DNA of 59,674 nt, the filler included. It is 5 parts of 5 records of this genome, joined end to end, with 100 filler letters (N's around TTAATTAATTAA, not from the genome) between each part and the next. Parts side by side here need not be neighbours in the genome. Positions count along the whole stretch, not along the records: positions 54,028 to 59,674 come from DRR723986_2943; 4 more parts are not named here. One strand, given 5' to 3'. The notes under the pieces were generated by a model that did not search any database, was not told the DNA's origin, and saw only the letters and a list, made by a program, of their open reading frames with translations. Of the stretch, positions 56,594 through 59,674 are shown in pieces (position 1 is the stretch's first letter; the number at the start of each line of letters is the position of its first letter). The position numbers and the translations under genes are program-made.

Positions 56594-59086
56594 GTGATCC
56601 GGTTCATCCTCTCTTTCTTTGGGGCGATTTTCAGCCTCGTGACCTTGGGTATTTTCATGGTCGCGCTGACACTTGGTGGCGTCTTTTGGATGTATGGGCG
56701 CGACTTGCCCAGCCACGAATCCTTGGCCCAATACAAGCCGCCGACGATCAGCCGGATCTATTCGGGCGAAGGGCATCTGATCGATGAATTCGCCAAAGAA
56801 CGCCGTCTCTTTACACCTGCGGATGAGATTCCAGATTTGGTAAAGCAGGCGTTCATCTCTGCCGAAGACAAGAATTTCTACACCCACAAAGGCTATGACA
56901 TGCGCGGCATCGCTGCCGCCGGGTTTGAGGCGGTGCGCTCGCGCGGGCAAAACGTGCGCGGGGCCTCGACGATCACGCAGCAGGTGATGAAAAACTTTTT
57001 GCTGTCAGGCGATCGCAAGGCAGAACGCAAGATCAAAGAGATCATTCTGGCCGCCCGCCTGGAAGAGACGCTGAACAAAGAACAGATCCTCGAACTTTAC
57101 ATGAACGAGATCTTTTTGGGCCAGAACTCTTACGGGGTGACGGCTGCGGCCCAGACGTATTTTAACAAAACACTGAGCGAACTGGCCCCACATGAGGCGG
57201 CGTTCCTTGCATCTCTGCCCAAAGCGCCATCAGATTATCATCCGGTCAGACGCAAGGCGCGGCTTTTGTCGCGTCGTGACTTTGTGCTGAAGGAGATGAT
57301 GGAAAATGGCTATATCTCAACGGCTGAGTACGAAGATGAAGTGAGCCAACCGCTACGATCCGTTCAGAATGGCGATTTTGAGAGTTTCCGGACAGCTTTG
57401 CCACCACGTGATTATTTCACCGACGAAATTCGCCGCCAGCTGAGCGAAGATTTCGGGGAAGGTGAATTCTTTACCGGTGGCTTTACCGTACGTGCCAGCA
57501 TCGACGAAGAGATGCAGGTCGAAGCGGCCAAATCCCTGCGTGTTGCGCTGCAGAAATATGATCGGTCTCGTGGCAAGTGGCGTGGAACGGGTGAAACACT
57601 CCCCGCCGAAGTGTTGGGGGATGAAGCCGCATGGCGCGAGGCGCTGCGCAATGCAGATGTATCGCGCGATGTCACGCTTGGTGGAAAGTGGTTGCCAGCG
57701 GTTGTTCTGTCCATTGCGGACAAGAGCCTGCGGGTCGGCGTGGAAAATGCCGAAGCAGACGGTGTTGTGCCGCGCTCTGACATCAAATGGATGAAAGGCA
57801 ATTTCCAAGAAAATTTCACAGTCGGGGATGTTGTTCTGGTTCGGGCTGTCGAAGACACCGGCCAGTGGTCCCTGCGGCAGGTTCCCGAAGTGCAGGGCGG
57901 GTTCATGGCGATGGACGTGAATTCGGGCCGTGTTCTGGCGATGCAGGGCGGGTTCTCTTATCAAGACACCGTGTTCAACCGCGCGACACAGGCGCAACGT
58001 CAACCGGGGTCCTCGTTCAAACCGTTTGTTTATGCTGCGGCGTTGGACAGTGGGTACAGCCCAGCGACCATCGTTGTTGATGCGCCGATCGAGGTGAACA
58101 CGCCTCAGGGCCTATGGCGCCCGAAAAACGCGTCTCGCAAATTCTATGGCCCGACCCCTTTGCGGACCGGGATCGAACGGTCCAGAAATTTGATGACTAT
58201 TCGTTTGGCGCAAGAGGTGTCGATGCCTGTGGTTGCGGGATACGCCGAGCGGTTCGGTGTTTATGACCACATGGGTCCGTATCTGGCCAACGCGCTGGGG
58301 TCTGAAGAAACAACATTGTTCAAGATGGTTGCCGCTTACGCGATGTTCGCCAACGGCGGCGAACGCGTGGAACCTACATTGGTGGACCGTATTCAGGATC
58401 GGTATGGGAAGACGATTTATCGCCACGACGACCGCGATTGTGTGGATTGCACGTCCTCGGCCATCGCGCCCGATGCCGCCCCGCGTATCTTGACCAATCG
58501 TGAGCAAGTTATGGATGCGGTGACGGCTTATCAGCTGACCTCGATGATGCGGGGTGTGGTTGAACGCGGAACGGCAAGCAGAACCGTCAAACTGCCCGTT
58601 CCAACAGCCGGTAAAACAGGAACCACTAATGAGGCCCGTGATGTCTGGTTCGTCGGGTTTACCTCGAATATCGTGGCTGGCTGTTATATCGGATATGACC
58701 GCCCGCGGCCGCTTGGACGTGGTGCGTCAGGTGGCGGTATGTGCGGCCCCGTTTTCCAGAGCTTTATGACCAAAGCCACTGAGAAATACGGCGGTGGGCC
58801 GTTTGATGTTCCGCCTGGCGGGCATTTCATCAAAATTGACCGCTTTACCGGTGGTCGTTTGCCTGACAACGCGAGTGGTGCGCATGTGGTCGCGGAATAT
58901 TTCCGCGATGGCGAAGAGCCCATTTTCGGTCGCACCTATGATGGTGGTTTTGCCATGGGGTCTAACTTGCCATTGTTCGAAGAGGCACAGCAAACCGGGC
59001 ATCAGGTTACGACATCAACAGGTGAGAAAACAACGGTGGGACCCAAAGCCAACTTTGGAACGGTCAGTTCGGGCGGGCTATACTGA
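56594..59086 (+). CDS. mrcA: Penicillin-binding protein 1A
   Basis: Glycosyltransferase motifs EDKNFY and GASTITQQ; transpeptidase motifs SSFK, SRN, KTG. Confidence 0.95.
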   Translation: MIRFILSFFGAIFSLVTLGIFMVALTLGGVFWMYGRDLPSHESLAQYKPPTISRIYSGEGHLIDEFAKERRLFTPADEIPDLVKQAFISAEDKNFYTHKGYDMRGIAAAGFEAVRSRGQNVRGASTITQQVMKNFLLSGDRKAERKIKEIILAARLEETLNKEQILELYMNEIFLGQNSYGVTAAAQTYFNKTLSELAPHEAAFLASLPKAPSDYHPVRRKARLLSRRDFVLKEMMENGYISTAEYEDEVSQPLRSVQNGDFESFRTALPPRDYFTDEIRRQLSEDFGEGEFFTGGFTVRASIDEEMQVEAAKSLRVALQKYDRSRGKWRGTGETLPAEVLGDEAAWREALRNADVSRDVTLGGKWLPAVVLSIADKSLRVGVENAEADGVVPRSDIKWMKGNFQENFTVGDVVLVRAVEDTGQWSLRQVPEVQGGFMAMDVNSGRVLAMQGGFSYQDTVFNRATQAQRQPGSSFKPFVYAAALDSGYSPATIVVDAPIEVNTPQGLWRPKNASRKFYGPTPLRTGIERSRNLMTIRLAQEVSMPVVAGYAERFGVYDHMGPYLANALGSEETTLFKMVAAYAMFANGGERVEPTLVDRIQDRYGKTIYRHDDRDCVDCTSSAIAPDAAPRILTNREQVMDAVTAYQLTSMMRGVVERGTASRTVKLPVPTAGKTGTTNEARDVWFVGFTSNIVAGCYIGYDRPRPLGRGASGGGMCGPVFQSFMTKATEKYGGGPFDVPPGGHFIKIDRFTGGRLPDNASGAHVVAEYFRDGEEPIFGRTYDGGFAMGSNLPLFEEAQQTGHQVTTSTGEKTTVGPKANFGTVSSGGLY

Positions 59087-59208
59087 TCTATTTTGCCCCA
59101 GTGCCCTCTAACTGGTTGTGTTGGGTGCGATAAGCGCGCCGGTTGCCTTGTAGAGGGCAGCTGGTCTTGGTATCAGGCAAGCCAGATTGAGATAGTTGGG
59201 ATCGCAGC

Positions 59209-59674
59209 ATGCGCGCCGAGACACAGAACTTTGTGGCCGAGATTGAGAAGTCGTTAGAGCTGTTGGCTCAGCGGATGGACCGGGAAACTGCGCCGCACCG
59301 GCTGGAAGAATTCAATGCCCGTGTTGAGGATCCCAATTTGTGGGACGATCCCACGGCAGCCCAGAAATTGATGCGTGAACGCCAGATGCTGGTCGACGCG
59401 CTAGAGACCTATGAGTCGATCAAAACCGACCTCAGCGACAATCTGGAACTCATCGAACTGGGTGAGATGGAAGACGATGCCGAAGTTGTCACAGACGCCG
59501 AAGAGGCGCTGAAGGCGCTGGGTGAAAAGGCTGCTGAAAAAGAGCTTGAGGCTTTGCTAGATGGCGAAGCAGATAGCAACGACACCTTCCTTGAAATCAA
59601 CTCGGGCGCGGGGGGCACAGAAAGCTGTGACTGGGCGTCGATGCTGGCGCGCATGTATGTGCGGTGGGCCGAGA
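59209..59674 (+). CDS. prfB: Peptide chain release factor 2, 3'-truncated by window edge
   Basis: Not in the ORF track. Manual translation MRAETQNFVAEIEKSLELLAQRMDRE...DPNLWDDP...LEINSGAGGTESCDWASMLARMYVRWAE. The amiC-PBP1A-prfB order is typical of alphaproteobacteria. Confidence 0.95.
   Translation, partial: MRAETQNFVAEIEKSLELLAQRMDRETAPHRLEEFNARVEDPNLWDDPTAAQKLMRERQMLVDALETYESIKTDLSDNLELIELGEMEDDAEVVTDAEEALKALGEKAAEKELEALLDGEADSNDTFLEINSGAGGTESCDWASMLARMYVRWAE

Noticed and set aside
1..59674. CRISPR arrays, transposases, integrases, reverse transcriptases, prophage genes
   Set aside because: No regularly spaced repeats or diagnostic motifs were found by eye in any contig.

Overview
This window is not one locus. 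It joins five unrelated contigs with identical 100-nt artificial spacers (44 N + TTAATTAATTAA + 44 N) and looks like a marine metagenome-type mix. Taxonomic labels below are inferred from gene content. (A) 1-15175, alphaproteobacterial: a catechol-oxazoline/polyamine siderophore cluster (entE partial, entC, divergent stand-alone Cy protein, Cy-A protein, VibH-like amide synthase) with a TGA-N9-TCA palindrome over its promoter, then a LacI-regulated sugar oxidoreductase/isomerase/ABC operon. (B) 15276-31039, gammaproteobacterial (Halieaceae-like): rep, RND pump, cytochrome c5, GST, an uncharacterised LolA-like/2 permease/ATPase/beta-barrel operon, lipoproteins and a tRNA 5' fragment. (C) 31140-43522, Hyphomonas-like: acceptor piece of a two-piece tmRNA, M28 peptidase, HPr/EIIA, dapB, a glutathione-dependent formaldehyde/electrophile detoxification neighbourhood, hemN and a DsrE-like protein. 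(D) 43623-53927: sugar/polyol ABC operon with glycerol-dehydrogenase-like and SDR genes, plus a type I secretion system with a VCBS-repeat substrate. (E) 54028-59674, Rhodobacteraceae-like: aminotransferase, amiC, PBP1A and prfB without a frameshift. The most interesting items are the split VibF-like siderophore assembly line, whose two visible carrier-like domains both lack a canonical phosphopantetheine serine, and the five-gene LolA-like export operon. No CRISPR array, transposase, integrase or defence system was recognisable.
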